Shown one piece after another: positions 41,238-51,739 of a stretch of 64,000 nucleotides of DNA. Origin of the DNA: a phage. Every line of letters begins with the position of its first letter. Position 1 is the stretch's first letter. Under the pieces are notes generated by a model that had not been told where the DNA came from, searched no databases, and saw nothing but the letters and a program-made list of their open reading frames with translations. Position numbers and translations under genes: made by a program. The DNA is taken from the sequence record PZ445524.1, one strand, 5' to 3'.

Positions 41238-43502
41238 TCATAATTTACAGGATGAACAATCTTCAGCTTTTGGAGTTTCTATTTCATAATCATCAGTACC
41301 AGAACCATCACGGGTATTATGATAATAGAAATTTTTAATGCCATAATACCATCCGTATAGCATGTCATCAATCATTATTGACATTGGAACCTTTCCCTTT
41401 GGAAAAATCTGCGGGTCATAGTATGTATTCGCTGAAGCTGATTGACATACCCATTTCAGCATAATAGCTACCTGCGTAAGATAAGGTTTATTACCTTTCT
41501 TAGCTAATTTCCATGTATAATCATATAGGTCTATGTTATGCTCAATATTGGGCACGACTTGATTAAAGGAGCCCTCTTTTGATTCTTTAACAGAGACTGG
41601 TCCACGTGGAGGCTCGATGCCGTTTGTACTGTTAGAAACTTGGGAAGATGACTCACATGGCATAAGTGCTGATAATGTGCTATTACGGATGCCAAATAGC
41701 TTAAGGTCTTCCCGCAGCGACGACCAGTCACAAACGTATTTTGGAGCTGCGATTTGGTCAATCTTTTTATTGTACCAGTCGATAGGTAATTCGCCTCGAG
41801 ACCAACGAGTGTCTGAATAATATTCGCAAGGTCCTTTTTCTTTGGCGAGCTTAATGGATGCTTTAATGAGTCCATACTGTAATCTCTCAAATAGTTCATG
41901 TGTTAAATCGTTAGCATCTTCATAAGAAGCAAAGTTACTTGCCAGCCAAGCTGCATAGTTAGTAACACCTACACCAAGGTTACGACGCTTTTTAGCTTTT
42001 TCTGCTTCAGGAACTGGATATCCTTGGTAATCCAACAGATTATCAAGAGCACGAACTTGAACTTCTGCCAATTCATTAATTTTATCTTGGTCTTGCCAGT
42101 CAAAATTATCCAGTACGAAGGCAGAGAGAGTACACAACCCAATTTCAGCATCAGGACTATTCACATCATTTGTTGGAATAGCAATTTCACAGCACAAGTT
42201 ACTCTGACGAATAGGTGCCTTTTCACGAATAAACGGAGTATAGTTATTCGTATTATCAATGAACTGTACATAAATCCTTGCTGTTCCTGAACGTTCAGTC
42301 ATGAGCAATTCAAATAGTTCACGGGCTTTAATACGCTTTTTACGAATATTAGGGTCTTTTTCTGCTGCTTCGTATAATTCACGGAAACGGTCTTGGTCTT
42401 TAAAATAAGAATAATAAAGCTCTCCACCCATTTCATGCGGACTGAACAAAGTAATGTAATCGTTCTTTCCAAAACGTTCCATCATCAAATCATTCAGTTG
42501 AACGCCATAATCCATATGACGAATGCGGTTTTCTTCTACGCCTTTGTTATTTTTCAAAACGAGAAGATTTTCAACTTCCAAATGCCAAATAGGATAATAA
42601 GCAGTAGCAGCGCCGCCACGAATTCCACCCTGTGAGCATGATTTAACTGCAGTCTGAAAATGTTTCCAAAAAGGAATAACACCGGTATGGCGTACTTCAC
42701 CCATGCCAATCTTAGAACCTTCGGCACGAATCATACCAACGTTAATACCAATTCCAGCGCGTTTAGAGATATATTCAACAATTGAAGCGGAAGCCTTATT
42801 GATAGACTTCAGCGAATCACCTGCCTCAATAACAACACATGAACTAAACTGTCGAGTCGGAGTACGACAACCAGCCATAATAGGAGTTGGCAATGAAATC
42901 TGTCGAGTAGATACTGCTTCATAAAAACGAATAACATGTTTTAATCTATCAACAGGTTCATCTTGATGCAATGCCATTCCAATAGTCATAAATGCAAACT
43001 GTGGAGTTTCATAAATTTGACCAGTGGTTTTATCTTTAACTAGATATTTTTCTTTTAATTGCATCGCCCCGGAATAAGTAAATTCCATATCCCGCTCGTG
43101 CTTAATTTTTGATTCTAAAAATGTAATTTCTTCTGCTGAATATTTTGACAATAATTCAGGGTCATATTTACCTTCATTTACACAGTAAGAAATATGGTCA
43201 ATAAATGAACGTGGTTCATACTGCCCATAAACATGCTTACGAAGAGCGAACATTAAACAGCGTGCAGCTACATATTGATAATCAGGTTCTTCAACCGAAA
43301 TAGAATTCGCAGCAGCCTTAATGACAATAGTCTGAATATCATCAGTTGTCATTCCATCACGGAGATAAGATTTAATATTTTCATATAATTCATAAGGATC
43401 TACTGATGTTCCTTCAGCTGCCCAAGATAAAACTTTAATAATTTTTTGTGGGTCAAAGCTCTGAGAAACACCACTACTTTTGATAACATTAATTAATTGC
43501 AT
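41238..43502 (-). CDS. nrdA: ribonucleotide reductase alpha subunit NrdA
   Basis: 754 aa, T4 NrdA length; class Ia RNR large subunit. Confidence 0.95.
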   Translation of the reverse strand: MQLINVIKSSGVSQSFDPQKIIKVLSWAAEGTSVDPYELYENIKSYLRDGMTTDDIQTIVIKAAANSISVEEPDYQYVAARCLMFALRKHVYGQYEPRSFIDHISYCVNEGKYDPELLSKYSAEEITFLESKIKHERDMEFTYSGAMQLKEKYLVKDKTTGQIYETPQFAFMTIGMALHQDEPVDRLKHVIRFYEAVSTRQISLPTPIMAGCRTPTRQFSSCVVIEAGDSLKSINKASASIVEYISKRAGIGINVGMIRAEGSKIGMGEVRHTGVIPFWKHFQTAVKSCSQGGIRGGAATAYYPIWHLEVENLLVLKNNKGVEENRIRHMDYGVQLNDLMMERFGKNDYITLFSPHEMGGELYYSYFKDQDRFRELYEAAEKDPNIRKKRIKARELFELLMTERSGTARIYVQFIDNTNNYTPFIREKAPIRQSNLCCEIAIPTNDVNSPDAEIGLCTLSAFVLDNFDWQDQDKINELAEVQVRALDNLLDYQGYPVPEAEKAKKRRNLGVGVTNYAAWLASNFASYEDANDLTHELFERLQYGLIKASIKLAKEKGPCEYYSDTRWSRGELPIDWYNKKIDQIAAPKYVCDWSSLREDLKLFGIRNSTLSALMPCESSSQVSNSTNGIEPPRGPVSVKESKEGSFNQVVPNIEHNIDLYDYTWKLAKKGNKPYLTQVAIMLKWVCQSASANTYYDPQIFPKGKVPMSIMIDDMLYGWYYGIKNFYYHNTRDGSGTDDYEIETPKAEDCSSCKL

Positions 43503-43819
43503 AAGTCCTCAACTTGAAAATCGTCTTTAAACAATCGGTTAACTATATGAGCTATTATATCACCATGACACGGCTTTGGTTTACATGTGCATCCTAGCCT
43601 CATTCCACGTAAAGGCTCTAAATGTGCTTTAGTTATTTCTCCGGATTTAATTCGACGTATAAAATCTTTTTTGAATAATTCAATGGCAGCCGGGAGGCTG
43701 CCAGCATCTTTACCGACGTAATTTCCCCAAAATGTACCGCGGTGAATATTAACATCAAAGTCGGATTTGTATTTATTCACTACCCGGCATAGACGGCCCA
43801 CGCTGGAATAATTCGTCAT
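43493..43819 (-). CDS. small Cys/His-motif protein (WGN...CxCxPxPCHGD, DUF4326-like)
   Basis: 108 aa; motifs FWGNYV and [15 protein letters not shown]. Confidence 0.6.
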
Positions 43820-44036
43820 ATTGTTTTTCCGTTAATACAGTAATATCGTAGTAACAGTCAGAAGAAGTTTTAACTGTGGAAATTTTATTATCAAAATACT
43901 CACGAGTCATTTTATGAGTATAGTATTTTTTACCATAAATGGTAATAGGCTGTTCTGGTCCTGGAACTTCTAACTCGCTCGGGTTAGGAAGTGTAAAAAG
44001 AACTACACCAGAAGTATCTTTAAATCGTAAAATCAT
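43773..44036 (-). CDS. hypothetical protein
   Basis: 87 aa ORF between td exon 2 and nrdA. Confidence 0.55.
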
Positions 44037-44055
44037 ATATCCTCACAATTAATAA

Positions 44056-44367
44056 TTACACCGCCATCTTTCCTTTAATAGGAGGGTGTGATACATAGTT
44101 GTTAAGAACGAAATCTTTAGGCCTAAGTTTAAGAACATATTTTAATTGTTCTTTAGTAGAAAGATATCGGAATTTATAAGGTAGACCACTTATTACCAGC
44201 TCACAAAGCTCTTTAGGTTCACGCCTCAAAATTTCTTTACATTGTTCTACGTGATTCATATAGATATGAGTATTACCACCAGAAAATATCAAATCCCCTG
44301 GAATAAGATTACACATCTTAGCTACAATATGAACTAACGTAGCATATGATGCAATATTAAACGGTAG
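44056..44367 (-). CDS. td: thymidylate synthase, exon 2
   Basis: 103 codons LPFNIASYATLVHIV...; intron ends ...ATAATG with terminal G at 44368. Confidence 0.9.
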   Translation of the reverse strand, partial: LPFNIASYATLVHIVAKMCNLIPGDLIFSGGNTHIYMNHVEQCKEILRREPKELCELVISGLPYKFRYLSTKEQLKYVLKLRPKDFVLNNYVSHPPIKGKMAV

Positions 44368-45383
44368 CATTATGTTCAGATAAGGTCGTTAATCTTACCC
44401 CGGAATTATATCCAGCTGCATGTCACCATGCAGAGCAGACTATATCTCCAACTTGTTAAAGCAAGTTGTCTATCGTTTCGAGTCACTTGACCCTACTCCC
44501 CAAAGGGATAGTCGTTAGGCATTTATGTAGAACCAATTCCATTTATCAGATTTTACACGATAAGTAACTAATCCAGACGAAATTTTAAAATGTCTAGCTG
44601 CATCTGCTGCACATTCAAAAATAACCCCATCACATGAAATCTTTTTAATATTACTAGGCTTTTTACCTTTCATCTTTTCTGATATTTTAGATTTAGTTAT
44701 GTCTGAATGCTTATGATTAAAGAATGAATTATTTTCACCTGAACGATTTCTGCATTTACTACAAGTATAAGCAGAAGTTTGTATGCGAACACCGCACTTA
44801 CAAAACTTATGGGTTTCTGGATTCCAACGCCCATTTTTACTTCCGGGTTTACTGTAAAGAGCTTTCCGACCATCAGGTCCAAGTTTAAGCATCTTAGCTT
44901 TAACAGTTTTAGAACGTTTCTTAATAATTTCTTCTTTTAATGGATGCGTAGAACATGTATCACCAAACGTTGCATCAGCAATATTGTATCCATTAATTTT
45001 AGAATTAAGCTCTTTAATCCAAAAATTTTCTCGTTCAATAATCAAATCTTTCTCATATGGAATTTCTTCCAAAATAGAACATTCAAACACATTACCGTGT
45101 TTGTTAAAAGACCTCTGAAGTTTTATAGAAGAATGGCATCCTTTTTCTAAATCTTTAAAATGCCTCTTCCATCTCTTTTCAAAATCTTTAGCACTTCCTA
45201 CATATACTTTATTGTTTAAAGTATTTTTAATCTGATAAATTCCGCTTTTCATAAATACCTCTTTGAATATAGAAGTATTTATTAAAGGGCAGTCCTACAA
45301 TTTAGCACGGGATTGTCTACTAGAGAGTTTCCCCGTTTAGATAGATTACAAGTATAAGTCACCTTATACTCAGGCCTCAATTA
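44368..45383 (-). mobile_element. group I intron in td (1016 nt) carrying I-TevI
   Basis: 5' splice after ...CTTGGGT; intron begins TAATTGAGGCCTGAGTATAAGG; length equals the T4 td intron. Confidence 0.9.
44515..45252 (-). CDS. I-TevI: I-TevI GIY-YIG homing endonuclease
   Basis: 245 aa; GIYQIKNTLNNKVYVGSA GIY-YIG motif; zinc finger and C-terminal DNA-binding region. Confidence 0.93.
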   Translation of the reverse strand: MKSGIYQIKNTLNNKVYVGSAKDFEKRWKRHFKDLEKGCHSSIKLQRSFNKHGNVFECSILEEIPYEKDLIIERENFWIKELNSKINGYNIADATFGDTCSTHPLKEEIIKKRSKTVKAKMLKLGPDGRKALYSKPGSKNGRWNPETHKFCKCGVRIQTSAYTCSKCRNRSGENNSFFNHKHSDITKSKISEKMKGKKPSNIKKISCDGVIFECAADAARHFKISSGLVTYRVKSDKWNWFYINA

Positions 45384-45932
45384 ACCCAAGAAAACATCTA
45401 CCGAACGTTGATACCACTGCAAATCCAAATAGCCATTACGAACATTAAATTGATAAAACATATGACAAGGCGGTAATGCCATCTGCTTGAGTTCAGCTGG
45501 ATTCCATGCTGAAACAATTTGACGCCTATCATTTGGCAGTTTTTTAATACGATCAATAACTTCTATAATTTGGTCTACACCACCAAAATCACGCCACTGT
45601 TTTCCATAAATTGGACCAAGTTCACCGCTATGGTATCCTAAATCTTTTGCTTGATTTTCGTAATTTTCATCCCAAACTGTTTTGCCTTGGATTAACGAAT
45701 CATGCTGAATTAATCGTAAATCATTGACATTTGTGCTTCCTGATAAAAACCATATTAACTCGGCAATGCAAGCTTTCCAGGCGAGCTTTTTAGTTGTTAC
45801 TGCAGGAAAACCTTTGGTTAAATCCCAACGCAATTTAGTACCGAACAAAGCAATTGTTCCTGTGCCTGTTCGGTCATCGGTTTCATAACCATTTTCAAAA
45901 ATGTCTTTAATTAAATCTTGGTATTGTTTCAT
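45384..45932 (-). CDS. td: thymidylate synthase, exon 1
   Basis: 183 codons MKQYQDLIKDIFENGYE...; catalytic PCH; exons total 286 aa. Confidence 0.92.
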
Positions 45933-45977
45933 TTAGTACCTTATATAAATTATAATACATTTTATGAAGCTAAATAA

Positions 45978-46325
45978 TCAATACGGTTTAGCATCAAATT
46001 TTCTCTCAATTTCAGGTGTGAAATATAATTCTTTACCACGTTTGGAAAAGCGACCAATAATATGATAATTATTCTCATCAAACGTGATATTACCAATATC
46101 CATAGCTTTCAACCAAATATCGATATTTCTATCCAGCTTTATGTCAAAATTCCAATACGGAGAACTATTACCGAAAATACTGCAAGCGGATTCAGTGAAA
46201 CAACTGCTATAAATCTTGTCTTTAGGAACTACTAATTGATAGACACCTTTAATAAACTGAGGACCTTGCCATTTTGGCTGTTTCGCGTCTTTTTCTAATA
46301 GAATAGGGTAATAATTAAAATTCAT
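45978..46325 (-). CDS. hypothetical protein inserted between frd and td
   Basis: 115 aa from ATG 46325 (track starts at GTG 46337); no recognisable motif. Confidence 0.6.
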   Translation of the reverse strand: MNFNYYPILLEKDAKQPKWQGPQFIKGVYQLVVPKDKIYSSCFTESACSIFGNSSPYWNFDIKLDRNIDIWLKAMDIGNITFDENNYHIIGRFSKRGKELYFTPEIERKFDAKPY

Positions 46326-46345
46326 ATTTTCAGCCACGCGTTATT

Positions 46346-47172
<827 letters not shown>

Positions 47173-47182
47173 ATTATTTTCC

Positions 47183-47425
47183 TTAAACAGACTTTTTCAC
47201 AATTTTCCAATCAGCTTTAAACTGCTCGACGTCAGAATGGTAAATCCAAAATCCTGCGCTTTCTCCGTCTTCATAAAGAGGACATCCATCGCATTCATCT
47301 TCCCATCCCATATCGCGTAAAAGATGTTCAGCTTTTTCAACAAGTTCAGAATCTTTACCGATGATATTAAAATACCATTTACCTCTAACTTCCGAATCTT
47401 TGATGCTCTGACGTTGTAATCTCAT
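47183..47425 (-). CDS. hypothetical protein (frd.x cluster)
   Basis: 80 aa from ATG 47425 preceded by GAGGAGAATAAA; track N-terminal extension overlaps the early promoter. Confidence 0.65.
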   Translation of the reverse strand: MRLQRQSIKDSEVRGKWYFNIIGKDSELVEKAEHLLRDMGWEDECDGCPLYEDGESAGFWIYHSDVEQFKADWKIVKKSV

Positions 47426-47453
47426 TTTATTCTCCTCAGTAGTTGATAAGGCT

Positions 47454-47483
47454 ATAGTATCATTACCATAGCCTGTTGTAAAC
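47454..47483 (-). promoter_or_regulatory. T4-type early promoter
   Basis: GTTTAC, 18-nt spacer, TGaTACTAT, then TATCAACTACTGAGGAGAATAAAATG; inverted repeat AGGCTAT/ATAGCCT around the -10. Confidence 0.65.
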
Positions 47484-47485
47484 AT

Positions 47486-47713
47486 TTATTTTTGGATTAA
47501 GCCCATATAAAATTTAGCATCTTCAGGATACATGCCATCACAATACTCATTGGTCATAAAACTAATAAGGTCTTCAAGAGGACCTTGGACTTCAATTTGA
47601 ATACTAAAGAATTGGGTGTCTTTAATGTAAGCCATACTCAAAGAAGGATAACGATTGCGGATAACTTCGTAAGTGTATTCAAAATCAACAATATCAATAT
47701 TAACCTTAGCCAT
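47486..47713 (-). CDS. small protein, paralog of 48197..48424
   Basis: 75 aa from ATG 47713 ([13 protein letters not shown]...NEYCDGM), about 50 percent identical to the other copy. Confidence 0.7.
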   Translation of the reverse strand: MAKVNIDIVDFEYTYEVIRNRYPSLSMAYIKDTQFFSIQIEVQGPLEDLISFMTNEYCDGMYPEDAKFYMGLIQK

Positions 47714-47742
47714 TTTATTTTCCTCATGTAGTTGATAGGGTA

Positions 47743-47772
47743 ATAGTATCACACTACTACCCTACTGTAAAC
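47743..47772 (-). promoter_or_regulatory. T4-type early promoter
   Basis: GTTTAC, 18-nt spacer, TGaTACTAT, then TATCAACTACATGAGGAAAATAAAATG. Confidence 0.65.
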
Positions 47773-48152
47773 TACTTTTTGAAAGTTTTTCGCAAAAGTT
47801 CAATGATTTCGTCTACATTGTTTTCGTCTACAATGCAGTGAATTTTTGTTACGCCAGAAACCAGGTCTTTGACTTCATCTTTTTCAGAAGTCGGTTCTTT
47901 ATACTCACGAAAACAATGAAATTCGTCTTCGCAAATTTCTAAAAGTCTATCTTTGAGGTAAAAATGCTTTCCATTTGCGCATTCAATGTGTTTTACTGCT
48001 TTATATCCATTAGCGACGGAAACTTCTTTAACTTCAAACCATCCGCCATTATCTCGAATGGCTTTAACTATTGATGAATTAGAACGTGGGCTATAATTAA
48101 TAAATGTATCAATAAGTCTTGGAACAAGTTCATACTTTTTACCGGTATACAT
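47772..48152 (-). CDS. hypothetical protein (frd.x cluster)
   Basis: 126 aa ORF. Confidence 0.65.
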   Translation of the reverse strand: MYTGKKYELVPRLIDTFINYSPRSNSSIVKAIRDNGGWFEVKEVSVANGYKAVKHIECANGKHFYLKDRLLEICEDEFHCFREYKEPTSEKDEVKDLVSGVTKIHCIVDENNVDEIIELLRKTFKK

Positions 48153-48196
48153 TACGTTTTCCTCATTTTAATAGGGGCTTGATAGCCCCTTGATAA

Positions 48197-48424
48197 TTAC
48201 TGTTCAATAAATCCTGTGTAAAATTCTACATCTTCAGCATCCATACCGTCGCAGTATTCATTAACCATAAACTGTTTAAGACGATTTAAAGGACCTTCAA
48301 TAACAACTGAAACATTACAATTAGGATCATTTAGTGCGCTTATGATACTAAGTTCAGGATAACGATTACGAATAATTTCTTCAATATATTCAAAATCAAC
48401 AACATCAATATCAATTTTAGCCAT
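48197..48424 (-). CDS. small protein, paralog of 47486..47713
   Basis: 75 aa ([13 protein letters not shown]...NEYCDGM). Confidence 0.7.
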   Translation of the reverse strand: MAKIDIDVVDFEYIEEIIRNRYPELSIISALNDPNCNVSVVIEGPLNRLKQFMVNEYCDGMDAEDVEFYTGFIEQ

Positions 48425-48467
48425 ATTATTTTCCTCTTTAATTATCAGCAGTATTGCCGATAGTTGT

Positions 48468-48497
48468 ATATTACCACAGTATGCTTTGGTTGTAAAC
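48468..48497 (-). promoter_or_regulatory. T4-type early promoter
   Basis: GTTTAC, 18-nt spacer, TGgTAATAT, then AAGAGGAAAATAATATG. Confidence 0.6.
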
Positions 48498-48518
48498 AGT
48501 TTTGTGAAAAATTTTTAA

Positions 48519-48547
48519 AATAAAAAAAGGGGACCCTAGAGGTCCCC
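48519..48547 (-). terminator. intrinsic terminator after gene 32
   Basis: GGGGACC-loop-GGTCCCC hairpin followed by TTTTTTTATTTT on minus strand. Confidence 0.85.
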
Positions 48548-48569
48548 AATTAATTAGTAATATAATCTA

Positions 48570-49478
48570 TTAAAGGTCATTCAAAAGGTCATCCAGGTCC
48601 GTGTCATCAGCACTAGATGAACTGCTAGAGCTTGAGCTCATAAAATCATCTTCAGTTTTTGTATTGAAGTCATCAACATTGAATGCATCCAAATCATCAG
48701 CAACTTTATCAGCTTTCTTAGCGGCAGTTGCTGCGGCACCGCCCATCACAGCAGTTCCCATAACTTGACCGAATTTAGTGCTCAGTTCTTCAAACGATTT
48801 GAATTTATCTTTAGAAGTCATTTCAGAAAGGTCAACCATTTGTTCGAACAGTTCTTTCTGGAAAGATTCATCATCAATGTTTGGAATCGCAGATTGATTC
48901 AGGAATTTAGATTCATCGTAGTTACTAAATCCAGAAACCTGTTTAACTTTCAGTACAAAGTTAGCACCTTCCCACGGACAAGTTACATCAACCGGAGTTT
49001 CACCCATTTCAACATCAACTGCAATCATTGCATTGATTTTATCCCAGATTTTCTTACCGAAACGGTATTTAAATACTTTACCTTCATTTTCTGGAGCAGC
49101 TGGGTCTTTTACAACAAGAATATTAGCCCAGTAAGAAGTTTTACGTTTAACAAGACTGTACTCTTTATTGTCAGTGTTGTACAGATCATTTTTACTGATG
49201 TACTGACATACTGGGCAAGAATCGTAATCACCGTGGGTAGATGAACATGTTTCAATATACCATTTACCATTTTTCTTGAAACCGTGATTTACAAGAATTG
49301 CGAATGGTGCTTGTTCATCATTTTTAGACGGAAGAAAACGAATTACTGCTTGACCGTTACCCGCATTGTCGAGTTTCAGTTTCCACTCGCCTTTATCTTC
49401 AGAAGAAAAACCACCTTTATTTCCAGCCAGTTTAGCCATTTGCGCAGCGAGTTCAGCAGTAGATTTACGTTTAAACAT
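48570..49478 (-). CDS. 32: single-stranded DNA-binding protein gp32
   Basis: 302 aa; [17 protein letters not shown]...; zinc-binding Cys/His; acidic poly-Ser C-terminus. Confidence 0.96.
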   Translation of the reverse strand: MFKRKSTAELAAQMAKLAGNKGGFSSEDKGEWKLKLDNAGNGQAVIRFLPSKNDEQAPFAILVNHGFKKNGKWYIETCSSTHGDYDSCPVCQYISKNDLYNTDNKEYSLVKRKTSYWANILVVKDPAAPENEGKVFKYRFGKKIWDKINAMIAVDVEMGETPVDVTCPWEGANFVLKVKQVSGFSNYDESKFLNQSAIPNIDDESFQKELFEQMVDLSEMTSKDKFKSFEELSTKFGQVMGTAVMGGAAATAAKKADKVADDLDAFNVDDFNTKTEDDFMSSSSSSSSSADDTDLDDLLNDL

Positions 49479-49545
49479 TTTTATTTCCTTTTTAATTTAA
49501 TTAACAGTTGGTGCTATGACGATGTATGACCTCATAGCTGGTCAG
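49479..49545 (-). promoter_or_regulatory. gene 32 translational operator (5' pseudoknot-forming segment plus A/U-rich gp32-binding leader)
   Basis: leader reads ...GCUAUGAGGUCAUACAUCGUCAUAGCACCAACUGUUAAUUAAAUUAAAAAGGAAAUAAAAAUG, matching the remembered T4 gene 32 autoregulatory site. Confidence 0.75.
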
Positions 49546-49561
49546 TGAGATAATTATAATC

Positions 49562-49569
49562 TATTTATA
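49562..49569 (-). promoter_or_regulatory. late promoter TATAAATA upstream of gene 32
   Basis: minus strand TATAAATA about 85 nt upstream of the gene 32 ATG. Confidence 0.6.
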
Positions 49570-49577
49570 ATAAGCAA

Positions 49578-50231
49578 TTAATACTTGCAAGATTTCACAG
49601 TTTCAATAAAAACACTTTTAGCTTTCTGTGAATCAATATTTAAAATTTTTCTATAAGCCTTTAACTTTATAGAATAATTATTCCAGACTAAATTATCAGT
49701 CTGTTCATCATGTTTATCAATTATATTTAAAAACGAATCAAGCAAGATAAACGTCTCAAACGAAATTATGTTCGATTGCAGAAGTTTAAAAATATAACTT
49801 GATTGAACTTTTGGATTATACTCAAAAATTTCTTTAAAAGCAGAAACTTCAACTTTTTTACTAAAATAATAAATGTTGCGAATATCTTCTTCAAACTTAA
49901 ATTTAATTTGCTTTAAGCGTCCGATATATTCACGATAAAACACAAGTGCATCAGCGTCAGAGATGTCACCAATCCAAGCATCTTGGTTAGCAACCAAATT
50001 GCTTATAAAGATTAAAGCAAGTTCCTTTAATTTATATTTTTCTGATAACTTCTGGAAAAAATACTTATCCCTTCGCTTTTGATAAGCGGCATCAGACACC
50101 CGCATGCACCAATTATACTTAATAACATCATACTTTCCATTCATATGCTGTTTTATCATTAAGTATAATTTATAAACTGATTTACCATCAATGTATCTTT
50201 CACCACCAGCAGGCATGCGGAGTTTAATCAT
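49578..50231 (-). CDS. 59: helicase loader gp59
   Basis: 217 aa, T4 gp59 length and position. Confidence 0.92.
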   Translation of the reverse strand: MIKLRMPAGGERYIDGKSVYKLYLMIKQHMNGKYDVIKYNWCMRVSDAAYQKRRDKYFFQKLSEKYKLKELALIFISNLVANQDAWIGDISDADALVFYREYIGRLKQIKFKFEEDIRNIYYFSKKVEVSAFKEIFEYNPKVQSSYIFKLLQSNIISFETFILLDSFLNIIDKHDEQTDNLVWNNYSIKLKAYRKILNIDSQKAKSVFIETVKSCKY

Positions 50232-50566
50232 AGTAGAAAATCTAATGTATTAGTTTTTTCACAGCGAACAACAGAAGGACGTAAAAGATTTTCGTCAATA
50301 GCTTCTGACTGAATTTTTTCAATTATACCCGAAGGAATAAATTTAGCAAATTGAGTTTCAGGAATAGAGTTTTCTTCCAAGAATGCTGTCGTAGCTTCAA
50401 GATAACTCATTCCAAACTCTTCTACCATTTTTTCAATAATAAATCCATTTTCTTGACGATCAAGAAGCTTTGCTATTTCATCCTTTTCTTTCTTGATTGA
50501 GAGTTCTTTTTCTGAAAGACCGGTCTCATCGACCGGACGAATATCATTTAGAGAAAACTGTGTCAT
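50228..50566 (-). CDS. 33: late transcription co-activator gp33
   Basis: 112 aa from ATG 50566 (MTQFSLNDIRPVDETGLSEKEL...). Confidence 0.9.
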   Translation of the reverse strand: MTQFSLNDIRPVDETGLSEKELSIKKEKDEIAKLLDRQENGFIIEKMVEEFGMSYLEATTAFLEENSIPETQFAKFIPSGIIEKIQSEAIDENLLRPSVVRCEKTNTLDFLL

Positions 50567-50813
50567 AAAGTTCAACTACCTCTTCAGTTTCAGCTTCAAA
50601 CACATCACGGTTATCTTTATGATACAAAGCTAATAGACGATTAAACATCTTACCATCAACACCAAGTTCATCTTTAGCACGAATTCGAATATCTTTAATC
50701 AGTTCATTATAACCGGAAATTTTCAGTTTATGATCAGATGCTTCTTTAATAAATTTAGCCAAGTCTTCGCCATGGATAGCTTCATCAAATTCAACCATTT
50801 CTTTTTTAGCCAT
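50544..50813 (-). CDS. dsbA: double-stranded DNA-binding protein DsbA
   Basis: 89 aa, T4 DsbA length and position. Confidence 0.88.
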   Translation of the reverse strand: MAKKEMVEFDEAIHGEDLAKFIKEASDHKLKISGYNELIKDIRIRAKDELGVDGKMFNRLLALYHKDNRDVFEAETEEVVELYDTVFSK

Positions 50814-50821
50814 TATTCACC

Positions 50822-51739
50822 TCAAAATTCATTAATGCTATTAGTTAATTTAGAAAGACCCGCTTTTACAAAATATGAATAAATTTTGCCACGCGGTGGT
50901 AATTTATATGAATTATAGTAATTCACAATGTTTGAAGCAATATTATCAGGAATATAATCAAAATCAATTAGAACTAAATTTTCTTTATATCGATTATATT
51001 CAGATTCAGTGAGAAGCACCTTAGCTTGCTCACGGTCATTAGCAATAGCTTCAACGATTGAAGTTTTCATTGAAGGAGTTCGTTCACCTTCAACTCTGGT
51101 AAACCAAAAGTCAGATCGTACTTTAACTGAAGCAACGTTATCCTTTTTGTCGCCTTTAAGGATTTTAGTCATACAGTCAATTTCAGCAGAACCGCTTTTA
51201 ATTTTAACCCATTTCTTGTGCATCGGTGACCATTGCTTAACATTTGGGTATTTGTGAAGTTGAGTAAAGTCACCATCCGACGAAATGATTAAAATCTTAT
51301 GTCCTTCTAAAGAGAACTTTTTAACAAGAACAGCAATGTGGTCATCTGCTTCATACTTATCAATATCCATAACAATGTATGGCATATAAGCTTTCAATTC
51401 ATCTATAACTTTATGGCTGGATTCAAAATAACCTTCCCAGTCCCAAGTAGATTCTTCTCGTGCTTTTCCACGGTTTTTCTTGTAATAATACGCGAAATCA
51501 CGACGCCAGTATCCAGATTTCGCGTTATCAATACACAGTACAATTTTAGTGTATCCAAGCGTTTTTGCTTTTTTGACATTAAACTTAATTGAGTTCAATA
51601 TCAAATGACGAACCATTGATAAATTAATTTTTTCTTTATCTGGGAAGTTTACCAGAGCAGTTGAAAGCGCAATTTGACTAAAGTCAATTAAGCAGATTCC
51701 TTCTTTGTAATCTTCATCCAACATCATTTCTAAATCCAT
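50822..51739 (-). CDS. rnh: RNase H (5'-3' exonuclease, FEN-1 family)
   Basis: 305 aa from ATG 51739 (MDLEMMLDEDYKEGICLIDF...). Confidence 0.92.
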   Translation of the reverse strand: MDLEMMLDEDYKEGICLIDFSQIALSTALVNFPDKEKINLSMVRHLILNSIKFNVKKAKTLGYTKIVLCIDNAKSGYWRRDFAYYYKKNRGKAREESTWDWEGYFESSHKVIDELKAYMPYIVMDIDKYEADDHIAVLVKKFSLEGHKILIISSDGDFTQLHKYPNVKQWSPMHKKWVKIKSGSAEIDCMTKILKGDKKDNVASVKVRSDFWFTRVEGERTPSMKTSIVEAIANDREQAKVLLTESEYNRYKENLVLIDFDYIPDNIASNIVNYYNSYKLPPRGKIYSYFVKAGLSKLTNSINEF

